From positions 1-29,670 of IMG/VR virus record IMGVR_UViG_3300045988_131075: a stretch of 29,670 nucleotides of DNA. One strand, 5' to 3'. Below, in pieces: positions 7,536-14,328 of this stretch; position 1 is the first letter of the stretch, and each line of letters begins with the position of its first letter. Source of the DNA: a virus. The position numbers and the translations under genes are program-made. The notes under the pieces were generated by a model, which saw nothing but the letters and a program-made list of their open reading frames with translations, searched no databases and was not told the DNA's origin.

Positions 7536-7679
7536 TCAATACACGAAAGATAAGAAATTAAGCAAAATCAGCACAGGAATAGCGTATACGATATTGAAAT
7601 AGTCCCACCCGAGACTTTCACAGGAATAAGCAAAAATAAAGCCAAAAACGAGGCCGAAAATGCCGATTAAAATAATCAT
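7536..7679 (-). CDS. Small membrane peptide of about 47 aa (MIILIGIFGLVFGFIFAYSCESLGWDYFNIVYAIPVLILLNFLSFVY). Its start ATG overlaps the stop of the upstream gene (ATGA).
   Basis: AGAGGA 6 nt upstream of the ATG. This is the C-terminal part of the ORF-track ORF 7536..7721. Confidence 0.45.
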   Translation of the reverse strand: MIILIGIFGLVFGFIFAYSCESLGWDYFNIVYAIPVLILLNFLSFVY

Positions 7680-7939
7680 TCTAAATCCTCTATATGACCA
7701 TAGTGTTCGTTGATATGCCATTCAAGATAGGTATTAGTCGCAATCTGAATTTCTCTATCCAGCCAGTCATAAAAATCCTCGGGGTCGCGGGCCATGCGTT
7801 CATCAATGATATCTTTGAGAGAAACGCGGTGAGCAAGGAATTCCGAAATATCAAGAGAATCCATAGAAGAAAGAAGTTCTTCCACACATTCTCCGCGAGT
7901 AGAGAACTTTTCAGTAGAAAAATCGTGAGTGTAATACAT
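7676..7939 (-). CDS. Hypothetical acidic early protein, 87 aa.
   Basis: Promoter TAGACA-17-TATACT (7960-8000 rc) and GGGG RBS. The longer overlapping ORF 7690..8124 reads through this promoter and is rejected. Confidence 0.55.
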   Translation of the reverse strand: MYYTHDFSTEKFSTRGECVEELLSSMDSLDISEFLAHRVSLKDIIDERMARDPEDFYDWLDREIQIATNTYLEWHINEHYGHIEDLE

Positions 7940-8057
7940 TGTTTGTATCCCCTTTCTTTATGGTAATTATAGTATAGCAGATTATTACATTCTTGTCTAT
8001 TGGTAAAATGCCCAAATTCGGGAAAATAATTAGTTGGACTTTTGGCTAAATTTCCTA

Positions 8058-8200
8058 TTGACAAATTGCTGAGATGGTGGTATAATGGAATTTCCGGCCG
8101 TGGCATGCGCGAACGGCCGGCCATTTTATCACACTATTGGATTTTTGTCAATAGGCAAAATAGCTAAAAAAATGAGGTGAAAATTCACCTCAAATTTTAT
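8058..8200. promoter_or_regulatory. Boundary module C4. It has a + promoter TTGACA(8058-8063)-17-TATAAT(8081-8086) with TGG extension, a hairpin ccggccg-N13-cggccgg (8094-8120) and a minus promoter (-10 rc 8123-8128, -35 rc 8146-8151). The terminator is gaggtgaaaattcacctc at 8174-8191.
   Basis: Direct reading. Confidence 0.75.
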
Positions 8201-8376
8201 CTGTGATAACTGGTAGTAATGGTTTTGAAAATCTGATAGATATTTTCATCTTCCATCAACTTTTGGATAAAAGCATCAGCTTCTTCTTCGGAATCAAAAC
8301 TAACTCGATTATCATAATACTGGTCCCAAGGATTTTTACCGCTGTAATCAACCCGGAATGTCTTTTCAATTTCCAT
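8197..8376 (-). CDS. 59-aa acidic protein missed by the 60-aa ORF threshold (MEIEKTFRVDYSGKNPWDQYYDNRVSFDSEEEADAFIQKLMEDENIYQIFKTITTSYHR).
   Basis: RBS AAAAGGGG 8 nt upstream. Hairpin-embedded promoter at 8410-8447. The gene ends at the C4 terminator. Confidence 0.55.
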   Translation of the reverse strand: MEIEKTFRVDYSGKNPWDQYYDNRVSFDSEEEADAFIQKLMEDENIYQIFKTITTSYHR

Positions 8377-8451
8377 TTTATTTGCCCCTTTTCTTTGATG
8401 CTTTTATTGTAGCACAAGGGACTTGTTTTGTCAAGCCCCTTGTGCTATTTT

Positions 8452-8904
8452 TTAACGTTCAGACACAATGCTAAGGTAGCGGACAATCATGTCCATTTCG
8501 CAACCCATGTCTTGCTGGTCGCAAACCGCATAACCCACAAGGTCGCCGTCCGCACAAATCGGGTAAACACCATAAGTGTTATTGAAAACAAATGGCTTTC
8601 TTTTAAAATCCCACTGGGTCGAAACATAAGGCGGAAAGTTTTCCATACCCCGCAGTTTCACGGTAGTATCATAGATTGCGATGGGACGCAGACCGGAATT
8701 CGATGCCATTGTAATAGCGGTTCGCAGAGCTTCTTCGGTCAGCGAACCAAGCACCGAATATCTCTTGAAGCAAACGCAGTCGTTGTCTTCAATGAAGATT
8801 TCAAGCGGGTCGCCCTCGCGAATCTTCAAAGTCCGGCGAATCTCTTTCGGAATGACCACACGTCCAAGGTCATCAATTCTGCGAACAATACCAGTAGCTT
8901 TCAT
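8452..8904 (-). CDS. SpoVT/AbrB-family transcriptional regulator, 150 aa, with an N-terminal swapped-hairpin AbrB domain.
   Basis: The N-terminus MKATGIVRRIDDLGRVVIPKEIRRTLKIREGDPLEIF is near-identical in pattern to Bacillus AbrB and SpoVT N-domains. Promoter and conserved leader upstream. Confidence 0.75.
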   Translation of the reverse strand: MKATGIVRRIDDLGRVVIPKEIRRTLKIREGDPLEIFIEDNDCVCFKRYSVLGSLTEEALRTAITMASNSGLRPIAIYDTTVKLRGMENFPPYVSTQWDFKRKPFVFNNTYGVYPICADGDLVGYAVCDQQDMGCEMDMIVRYLSIVSER

Positions 8905-8968
8905 TTTAATTTTCCCCTTTCACTTGATACGTTAAGTATAGCAGAACAAAAGGCTTTTGTCAAGCCCT

Positions 8969-9451
8969 TTATTCAAGATTTTTGCTTTCTGCGACAAAAT
9001 ATTTTGCTTCATATTGATTGGCAATAGCCTTGACTTTTGCACTTTCCTTTTGGGTCGCGCAGTAAAAATTGAAAAGCGTATGTTTATCGCTTAATTTAAT
9101 GTAAGAGTGTGGAACGTCATGCAAGCCAAAGTCAATGGTATTAGTGTATCTTGTCGGGACAGTCAGCTCGACTTTCCATAGCTTGTCTTTGCGGGCTTTC
9201 TCTTCAATCCACTTGACAAAGTAGACGCCTACGAAATTACAAACAGCAGTAATAGCCATTTTCAACCAGATAGGCATACCGTCCGCGGAAGTCAGCACAA
9301 TCACATAGGAATAAAAACCATAAGTGATAGCATTGATAAGAGATGCGCTAATTTTTCCGCCGTTGACAGTCAAAATGCTTTTGATAGTTGACAGAACCAC
9401 ATTTACCGCCGTGCAAAGCGCGAACAGAAGAATTGTATTCATTATTATCAC
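8969..9451 (-). CDS. Membrane protein of 160 aa with about 3 TM segments in the N-terminal half.
   Basis: ORF with RBS AAGGAAAGGG. A promoter is upstream at 9480-9505. Confidence 0.55.
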   Translation of the reverse strand: MIIMNTILLFALCTAVNVVLSTIKSILTVNGGKISASLINAITYGFYSYVIVLTSADGMPIWLKMAITAVCNFVGVYFVKWIEEKARKDKLWKVELTVPTRYTNTIDFGLHDVPHSYIKLSDKHTLFNFYCATQKESAKVKAIANQYEAKYFVAESKNLE

Positions 9452-9515
9452 CCTTTCCTTTTTCTATTATAATAATATCATATTATAATAGAAATGTCAA
9501 TAGAGAATTTTTAAT

Positions 9516-9674
9516 TTACTCTTTTAATTTTTCTAATAGAGCATCAGCACATTCATAGCTGGTACTTCTGCGGTCGCACTCGTTGGACAAAGGACAACAC
9601 GCGCAGTCGTTAAAGGTCTCTACCCAAGCGCGCAACCAGTCAATCAAGCGCAAAGTATTAACTTCCTCATACAT
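9516..9674 (-). CDS. Cys-rich 52-aa protein (MYEEVNTLRLIDWLRAWVETFNDCACCPLSNECDRRSTSYECADALLEKLKE) that is translationally coupled: its ATG sits inside the 3' end of the upstream gene.
   Basis: AAAGGAG 10 nt upstream. An ATGTATGA overlap with the stop of 9667..10014. Confidence 0.4.
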   Translation of the reverse strand: MYEEVNTLRLIDWLRAWVETFNDCACCPLSNECDRRSTSYECADALLEKLKE

Positions 9675-10014
9675 TGTTATCATTCTCCTTTACTCGGACA
9701 AAAAAGACCTTGTTATAGATTTTTGTTGCTTTAAGGTCAATCCAGAAATACACGTTTCCGCATACTCGATAGATTTTACAAGTCTCTCCGCTAACCTTTT
9801 TGACTTCCTCAAATTTCTCTGGTGTTGTAGGGTGGAAAACCGTCAGTTTGAGAAATATGCAATAGAAAGCCAAAGGAACGAAGCCGATAATCATAGCAAT
9901 CCATGCGAGAACATCAGTTAAAGTGTTTTCCCATTCACACTACTCATCGGTAATTGTAGCGAACGCAATACCTACGCAAAACGCGAGAATTAACCAATAC
10001 CATGCAACCATCAT
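9667..10014 (-). CDS. Two-TM membrane protein. It is 115 aa if the in-frame TAG at 9940-9942 is read through; otherwise it is a 24-aa peptide plus the ORF-track 75-aa ORF.
   Basis: The only strong RBS (GGGGG 6 nt before the ATG) is at the upstream start at 10014. The ORF-track start at 9894 has no Shine-Dalgarno site. The two ORFs are in the same frame and separated only by TAG. Promoter TAGACA-17-TAAGAT upstream. Confidence 0.45.
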
Positions 10015-10118
10015 TTTGTTCCCCCTTTATTTGTTGTATACATCTTACCACATTATAGGATTTTTGTCTATTGGCATTTTACACAAAAATTCGTGCGAAA
10101 ATTTGTTGAACTTACCTC

Positions 10119-10240
10119 TTGACAAAAAACTCGGCGCGCCACAATCGTCCGCGCGCCGCCAATTTTATCACATTCAAGGAACTTTGTCAATAGTGAAAGT
10201 AAACAAAAAAAATCACCCAAATTGGGTGATTTTTCATTTA
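10119..10240. promoter_or_regulatory. Boundary module C5. It has a + TTGACA (10119-10124) directly abutting the hairpin cggcgcgc-N11-gcgcgccg (10132-10158), with no + strand -10. A minus promoter follows (-10 rc 10162-10167, -35 rc 10185-10190), then a terminator tcacccaaattgggtga (10213-10229) plus T-run.
   Basis: Compared with C2-C4, about 23 bp between the + -35 and the hairpin are missing. Confidence 0.7.
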
Positions 10241-10414
10241 GTTTCCTACGGCTTCGAGGTCGACGAGAATGGGAACGAGCTTGTCTTCAAGAAGCGCGAC
10301 ACGCTCAATCATTTCATTTGCTGCTGTTCCGCCCGACGGGTATCTCTTCTGAATGCCGTATCGAGCCATTCTGCACACCGTTTCAACAACCTCGCTCAGT
10401 TTCTCATTCTTCAT
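10238..10414 (-). CDS. Small protein of about 58 aa (MKNEKLSEVVETVCRMARYGIQKRYPSGGTAANEMIERVALLEDKLVPILVDLEAVGN).
   Basis: GGAG 9 nt upstream of this ATG. The ORF-track start 5 codons upstream lacks an RBS. Confidence 0.5.
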   Translation of the reverse strand: MKNEKLSEVVETVCRMARYGIQKRYPSGGTAANEMIERVALLEDKLVPILVDLEAVGN

Positions 10415-10526
10415 TTTTCTTATCTCCATTCAATTTATTTTTTGGAAAGGGTGGCGGTTGTTTCAGGCACAACCGCCAAAGCCATAGGAAAGGGGGAGAA
10501 AAAACACGAACAAAAGTTCGGTTTTG

Positions 10527-10775
10527 TCAAGGGATAATCAGTTCCGCATCGTAGACAGGTCGAACCATGCAGGGCGCGCTGAAGCAGTCAAGATTGTAAG
10601 TGTCCAAATTGAGAGCGTTCCATTTTTCTGCGCCGGTATCTTCATCAACCACAGACGCAGTTTTGATGTAATAGACGTTTCCGGAAGCGGGGTCTTGAAA
10701 AATCATACCCTCGAGGAGGTCTTCAAATGCAACCATTTTGTTGCTATGCTTAACAGTAATTTTCATTTCATTCAC
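10527..10775 (-). CDS. Hypothetical protein of 82 aa or slightly shorter, overlapping the upstream gene by ATGA.
   Basis: ORF coupled to 10772..11125. A weak hairpin plus T-run is downstream at about 10500-10520 (minus strand). Confidence 0.5.
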   Translation of the reverse strand: MNEMKITVKHSNKMVAFEDLLEGMIFQDPASGNVYYIKTASVVDEDTGAEKWNALNLDTYNLDCFSAPCMVRPVYDAELIIP

Positions 10776-11125
10776 CCTTTATAATAGTATTTGTAAGCCC
10801 ATTCGATGATTTCATGACTTGTGGTAGTCCATTCCTCTTTGGGGCTATCGAACTTTTCCGCATACTTTTTGATGTAGTTATTATACTCCATGCGTGCGGT
10901 GTCGTATGCTCCAATAGCCACAATTAAGGCGTGCTTCGCTTCTTCGGCATCAGAGACGGCTTTCTTGCGGTCGGGGCAGTCAGGATAGAGGTTAATCACC
11001 CCTACGCGCGTAATGACTTGCCTTGTCTTTTCATAAAGGCGGTCGCGCGTTTCCCATACTTCATAGAGCTCATCATCTGCACGTTTTTCATAAGGGTTGA
11101 AAGGCTTCTTTTTCTTACCGAACAT
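10772..11125 (-). CDS. Hypothetical protein of about 117 aa (MFGKKKKPFNPYEKRADDELYEVWETRDRLYEK...). The ORF-track N-terminal extension runs into the upstream gene and is rejected.
   Basis: AAAAGGAG about 11 nt upstream of the ATG. Overlaps the stop of 11115..11453. Confidence 0.5.
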   Translation of the reverse strand: MFGKKKKPFNPYEKRADDELYEVWETRDRLYEKTRQVITRVGVINLYPDCPDRKKAVSDAEEAKHALIVAIGAYDTARMEYNNYIKKYAEKFDSPKEEWTTTSHEIIEWAYKYYYKG

Positions 11126-11453
11126 TTTTCTTTTTCTCCTTTTCCTGTTTATTCCACATTCTATCAAAGAACGCATTTGCGAGAACACGCTTGTAAAGGT
11201 TGTCAGGCATGGGGCGCTCGCCGTGCTTGTTTCTCCAAATCGCGGTGATTTTATCAATATCCGCGATATAGGCTGTAATGAGTGTGCCGTCCTTGGCGCT
11301 ACGAATAAGAAGAATACCGGTTGTAGTGATAGTGTAGAGAACATCGTCCTCAACGCTGTCGATATACGGTTCGCCGATTCCTACATTATCGTAGATGAAG
11401 AGCAGGCGGTCAATGCGGTCTTGCGTGGCGTGTTTTGACATTTTGATAAGCAT
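11115..11453 (-). CDS. Hypothetical protein of 112 aa.
   Basis: AAGAGG 8 nt upstream of the ATG. Extended -10 TGGTATAAT upstream (11468-11480 rc). Confidence 0.55.
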   Translation of the reverse strand: MLIKMSKHATQDRIDRLLFIYDNVGIGEPYIDSVEDDVLYTITTTGILLIRSAKDGTLITAYIADIDKITAIWRNKHGERPMPDNLYKRVLANAFFDRMWNKQEKEKKKNVR

Positions 11454-11514
11454 TTGTTTTACCTCTTTCTTTTCCTCTTGGATTGATTATATTATACCAT
11501 GCGGAAGGGCTTTT

Positions 11515-11550
11515 TGGAAAAAGAGGGAAAAATTTTCCCTCTTTATTTAT
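11515..11550. terminator. Bidirectional terminator agaggga-aaaatttt-tccctct with a flanking A-run and T-run.
   Basis: Downstream of the minus gene 11547..11819. The hairpin is at 11522-11542. Confidence 0.55.
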
Positions 11551-11819
11551 CCCCAATAGATTGAAAGAATCTTGTCAATGTAGCTGGCTTTATAGCCATA
11601 ATTCTGCATAATATCTTTGCAAGCCTGCTTGACCCTCTTGTCATTTATTGAAGCAAGAGAACATTCGTAAAGTGTTTCTCCCGTTCCGGCCACACGCTCA
11701 ATTTCTGGCATGATGTGGTCTTCAATGAACGCACGCGCAAGGGCATTATTTTTAGCTTGGATTTCTTTGCGAACTTCCTCGGCTTTGCGCGTCATTTCAT
11801 AAGCATATTTAATTTCCAT
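11547..11819 (-). CDS. Hypothetical protein of 90 aa.
   Basis: Promoter TTGACA-17-TACAAT sits in the hairpin gcatataggg/ccctatatgc (11852-11895). RBS AAAGGGAG. Confidence 0.6.
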   Translation of the reverse strand: MEIKYAYEMTRKAEEVRKEIQAKNNALARAFIEDHIMPEIERVAGTGETLYECSLASINDKRVKQACKDIMQNYGYKASYIDKILSIYWG

Positions 11820-11897
11820 GGTGTTTCTCCCTTTCCTTTATTGTATCTTTATTGTAGCATATAGGGCTTGTTTTGTCAAGCCCTATATGCAATTTTT

Positions 11898-12206
11898 TTA
11901 GCAATAGGCGAGATTCCCGCGTGCCCAGCCATATACGCTGATTTGATTGCACGCCTTGCCAATTTCAAGCGCCTGCTTTTTGGTCTGCACCCTCTTGGAC
12001 TTGTCAACATAATAGATGCCGTTCGCAAGCCATACACCGCAGTTTCCGCCGAAGCCCTTAACCGCATTGATAGCTTCGCGGGCGGTCTTGCACTCAACGC
12101 CGTTGGTAGCGACCTGCCAACCGGACTTGTAGTTGACTTTCTTGCCATATTTGAGGGTCATGCCGTCGTTTTCAGCGAGCTTGCGAATAGAACGAATGTT
12201 AATCAT
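11898..12206 (-). CDS. Hypothetical protein of about 102 aa (MINIRSIRKLAENDGMTLKYGKKVNYKSGWQVATNG...), with the start re-assigned.
   Basis: AAAGGGA 7 nt before this ATG. Promoter TAGACA-17-TATACT upstream. The ORF-track 156-aa version starts upstream of that promoter. Confidence 0.5.
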   Translation of the reverse strand: MINIRSIRKLAENDGMTLKYGKKVNYKSGWQVATNGVECKTAREAINAVKGFGGNCGVWLANGIYYVDKSKRVQTKKQALEIGKACNQISVYGWARGNLAYC

Positions 12207-12334
12207 GTTGTTATCCCTTTCCGGTTTGGTAGGTTTTCCTTCCCTTACTGTGATTATAGTATAGCACCGATTCGGGATTCTGTCTATTGACATTATGCAC
12301 AAACTTTCGTCATAAAAATTGTTGAACTTGCCTA

Positions 12335-12455
12335 TTGACACAAAATTCCGGCCGCGCCTGGCGTGCACGGCCGGCCGATTATATCACCAAGTTTTGAAAT
12401 TGTCAATAGGCAAAATATACAAAAAAATCTCCCCATTTTTGGAGAGATTTTTAAT
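12335..12455. promoter_or_regulatory. Boundary module C6. It has a + TTGACA (12335-12340) abutting the hairpin ccggccg-N13-cggccgg (12348-12374) and a minus promoter (-10 rc ATTATA at 12378-12383 with TG, -35 rc at 12401-12406). The terminator is tctcccca-T5-ggagaga (12428-12447).
   Basis: Like C5, it lacks the + strand -10. Confidence 0.7.
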
Positions 12456-12498
12456 TCAAAAAATTTAATTTTAACCATCAACATAAATGATAAGAACA

Positions 12499-12711
12499 TC
12501 ATCTTTGGCTTTCAAACCGCTGACAGGCAAATCCCAGCACCCATTCTTCGCTTACGCCCAAAACATCACCATTCAGAGTCATGCGACCTTTGCGGTCTTT
12601 GAGATAGCGCCCGCAAGTGTTTTCATTTATCACTTCAATGCCGTTCCCCTCATAGAACATCAGTGCGCCTTTTACCAGACCAATCACATTTTTAACCATG
12701 CCCAAAGTCAT
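12499..12711 (-). CDS. Hypothetical protein of about 70 aa (MTLGMVKNVIGLVKGALMFYEGNGIEV...).
   Basis: AAAGAGG 8 nt upstream. Promoter TTGACT-17-TATACT. Ends 45 bp from the C6 terminator. Confidence 0.55.
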   Translation of the reverse strand: MTLGMVKNVIGLVKGALMFYEGNGIEVINENTCGRYLKDRKGRMTLNGDVLGVSEEWVLGFACQRFESQR

Positions 12712-12820
12712 TTTATCAACCTCTTTCGTTTTTAATGTCGTTCCCTTGGAACAATTATAGTATAGCACAAGGTGTAGCAAAAGTCAACTTAAATTTTGGG
12801 ATTACCAATAGATAAAATGT

Positions 12821-12867
12821 ATAAAAATTCGGCAGGATTTTGTGTATCCTGCCGAATTTTTTTTATT
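12821..12867. terminator. Bidirectional terminator ggcaggat-tttgtgt-atcctgcc followed by T8.
   Basis: Stem at 12831-12853, with A/T runs on both sides. Confidence 0.6.
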
Positions 12868-13057
12868 CTTCCCAACTTTCGATGACTTCGCCGGTCATTG
12901 CATCGATGATGTCAACCGAGAGGACGTTGTCTGCGTCCATGACCTTCTGCCCGAGGGCATATGCGTTTTCCTGTCCCGCGACAGACACTTCATAGCGATA
13001 GCGGTTGTTATCGCCAGCCTTGTAATTGTAGTAGTTGACAGAAACAATAAATGACAT
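12863..13057 (-). CDS. Hypothetical protein of 64 aa.
   Basis: RBS AAAGGGGA. Promoter TTGACA-16/17-TATAAT upstream (13090-13130). Confidence 0.6.
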   Translation of the reverse strand: MSFIVSVNYYNYKAGDNNRYRYEVSVAGQENAYALGQKVMDADNVLSVDIIDAMTGEVIESWEE

Positions 13058-13161
13058 TTGGCTTATCCCCTTTCTTTTTATACTCTTATTATACCATAGA
13101 TTCAGGATTTGTCAATAGGTTTTTGAAAAAAGTTTGAAAAAAAATAAGGGCGTTTCCGCCC

Positions 13162-13419
13162 TTATTCTTCATAAATAATAATATTATTTTGTAGCAGTTT
13201 CACGCGAGAATCTTCACAAAAGTGATAGGTAAAACTCACGGAGAGGTGTTTGAGAAATTCGCGTCTCCATGTGCGGGACTTCGGCTCTAATTCAAAGAGA
13301 ATGTAAAGCGTTTCTTCTAACCGGTCGAGGAAGTTTTCAGTGTCCGCGACGTTGAACTTACCCGCGAATTTCGGAATAGGATTAGAAGTCCCAACAGTAA
13401 TAATGTTGTAAGTTGTCAT
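13162..13419 (-). CDS. Hypothetical protein of 85 aa.
   Basis: Conserved leader plus AAGGAG 8 nt upstream. Promoter TTGACA-17-TATAAT (13440-13475 rc). Confidence 0.6.
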   Translation of the reverse strand: MTTYNIITVGTSNPIPKFAGKFNVADTENFLDRLEETLYILFELEPKSRTWRREFLKHLSVSFTYHFCEDSRVKLLQNNIIIYEE

Positions 13420-13506
13420 GGAAAAATCTCCTTTTCATTTGATGCTTTTATTATACATGATAGTGTGGAACTTGTCAATACTTAAAATAGAAAAAAGAGA
13501 AGTTTT

Positions 13507-13611
13507 TCAACTTCTCTTTTTCAGTTTCTTTTCTGCCCATTCAATGAGCGCACCCACGGCGATTGTACCGGTATAAATGAAAAGTAAAACTAAACCATCA
13601 TGTAGACTCAT
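13507..13611 (-). CDS. Alternative model, gene 2 of 2: a 34-aa single-TM peptide (MSLHDGLVLLFIYTGTIAVGALIEWAEKKLKKRS).
   Basis: GGAGG 9 nt upstream of the ATG. Same frame and stop as the ORF-track 76-aa ORF 13507..13737. Confidence 0.4.
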   Translation of the reverse strand: MSLHDGLVLLFIYTGTIAVGALIEWAEKKLKKRS

Positions 13612-13612
13612 T

Positions 13613-13741
13613 TTAATATTCCTCCACATACTCTGTAAAAACAAGCTCCCAGTCAGGGCCAAGATCCGGAGCTTTGCAGTATCGCGACTGTCGAATGTCA
13701 TGCTCATTAGTGATTTTGTTGATAAACTCGAATTCATACAT
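13613..13741 (-). CDS. Alternative model, gene 1 of 2: a 42-aa acidic protein (MYEFEFINKITNEHDIRQSRYCKAPDLGPDWELVFTEYVEEY).
   Basis: AAAGGAGA about 10 nt upstream of this ATG (14 nt for the ORF-track ATG in another frame). Its TAA is followed after 1 nt by the ATG of gene 2. Confidence 0.4.
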   Translation of the reverse strand: MYEFEFINKITNEHDIRQSRYCKAPDLGPDWELVFTEYVEEY

Positions 13742-13830
13742 TTTTTATTATCTCCTTTTCTTTACTGTACCAATAGTATAGCAGATAACAGGGTATTTGT
13801 CAATACCATTTATAAAAAAATGTACGAGGT

Positions 13831-14127
13831 TTAATCCTCGTACATTTCCATTAACGATTTGATTTTTTCGATTGTATTTTCAATTTCTTCTACATAGTCG
13901 GCCTGTTCCTCACTTGCGCGCATTGCCTGTTCATATGCGTCATAGATAGCTTCACACTGTTCGCGGGTGTAGTCTTCTTCTGGAGCGTGTTCCATGGTGA
14001 CGACTGCCGTCCAAGCGAGCGTTTCCTTATCGTCAAGGTCATCGGCTTTTTCCGTGGCAGTGGTAAGCTCATGTTCGAGGCGCGTCTTTTCGAGCGAGAG
14101 GGTCTTGAGAAAATCCTTGTTAGTCAT
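13831..14127 (-). CDS. Acidic coiled-coil protein of about 98 aa (MTNKDFLKTLSLEKTRLEHELTTATEKADDLDDKE...).
   Basis: The ORF-track start is the ATG inside the conserved leader (caaATGaaaaggaga). The real start is 8 codons downstream, after that RBS. Confidence 0.6.
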   Translation of the reverse strand: MTNKDFLKTLSLEKTRLEHELTTATEKADDLDDKETLAWTAVVTMEHAPEEDYTREQCEAIYDAYEQAMRASEEQADYVEEIENTIEKIKSLMEMYED

Positions 14128-14328
14128 TGCGGTGTATCTCCTTTTCATTTGATGCCTTTATCATACCACTTCTGGACTGAATGTCAATAGGTTTTTGAAA
14201 AAAATATTTATTCATCAGGGCTGTATAAATATTCATGTATAAATATTCATTTTCGGGTGTATAAAGGCGACTGGCATAATGCACAAAATGGTTTCAAAAT
14301 TTTTGTGCAATATAACTATTGCAAAACT

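Noticed and set aside
7690-8124. A 144-aa minus-strand ORF overlapping 7676..7939 in another frame.
   Set aside because: It begins inside module C4 and runs through the TAGACA-17-TATACT promoter of 7676..7939. It has no RBS, and the alternative frame has the full promoter-leader-RBS context.
13507-13737. The ORF-track single 76-aa ORF, MNSSLSTKSLMSM....
   Set aside because: Its ATG is 14 nt from the Shine-Dalgarno site, and its N-terminal half is Ser/Leu/Thr-rich in an off-frame way. The other frame gives an acidic 42-aa protein 10 nt after the same Shine-Dalgarno site, followed by a GGAGG-driven 34-aa TM peptide that corresponds to this ORF's C-terminus. This is kept as a lower-probability alternative.
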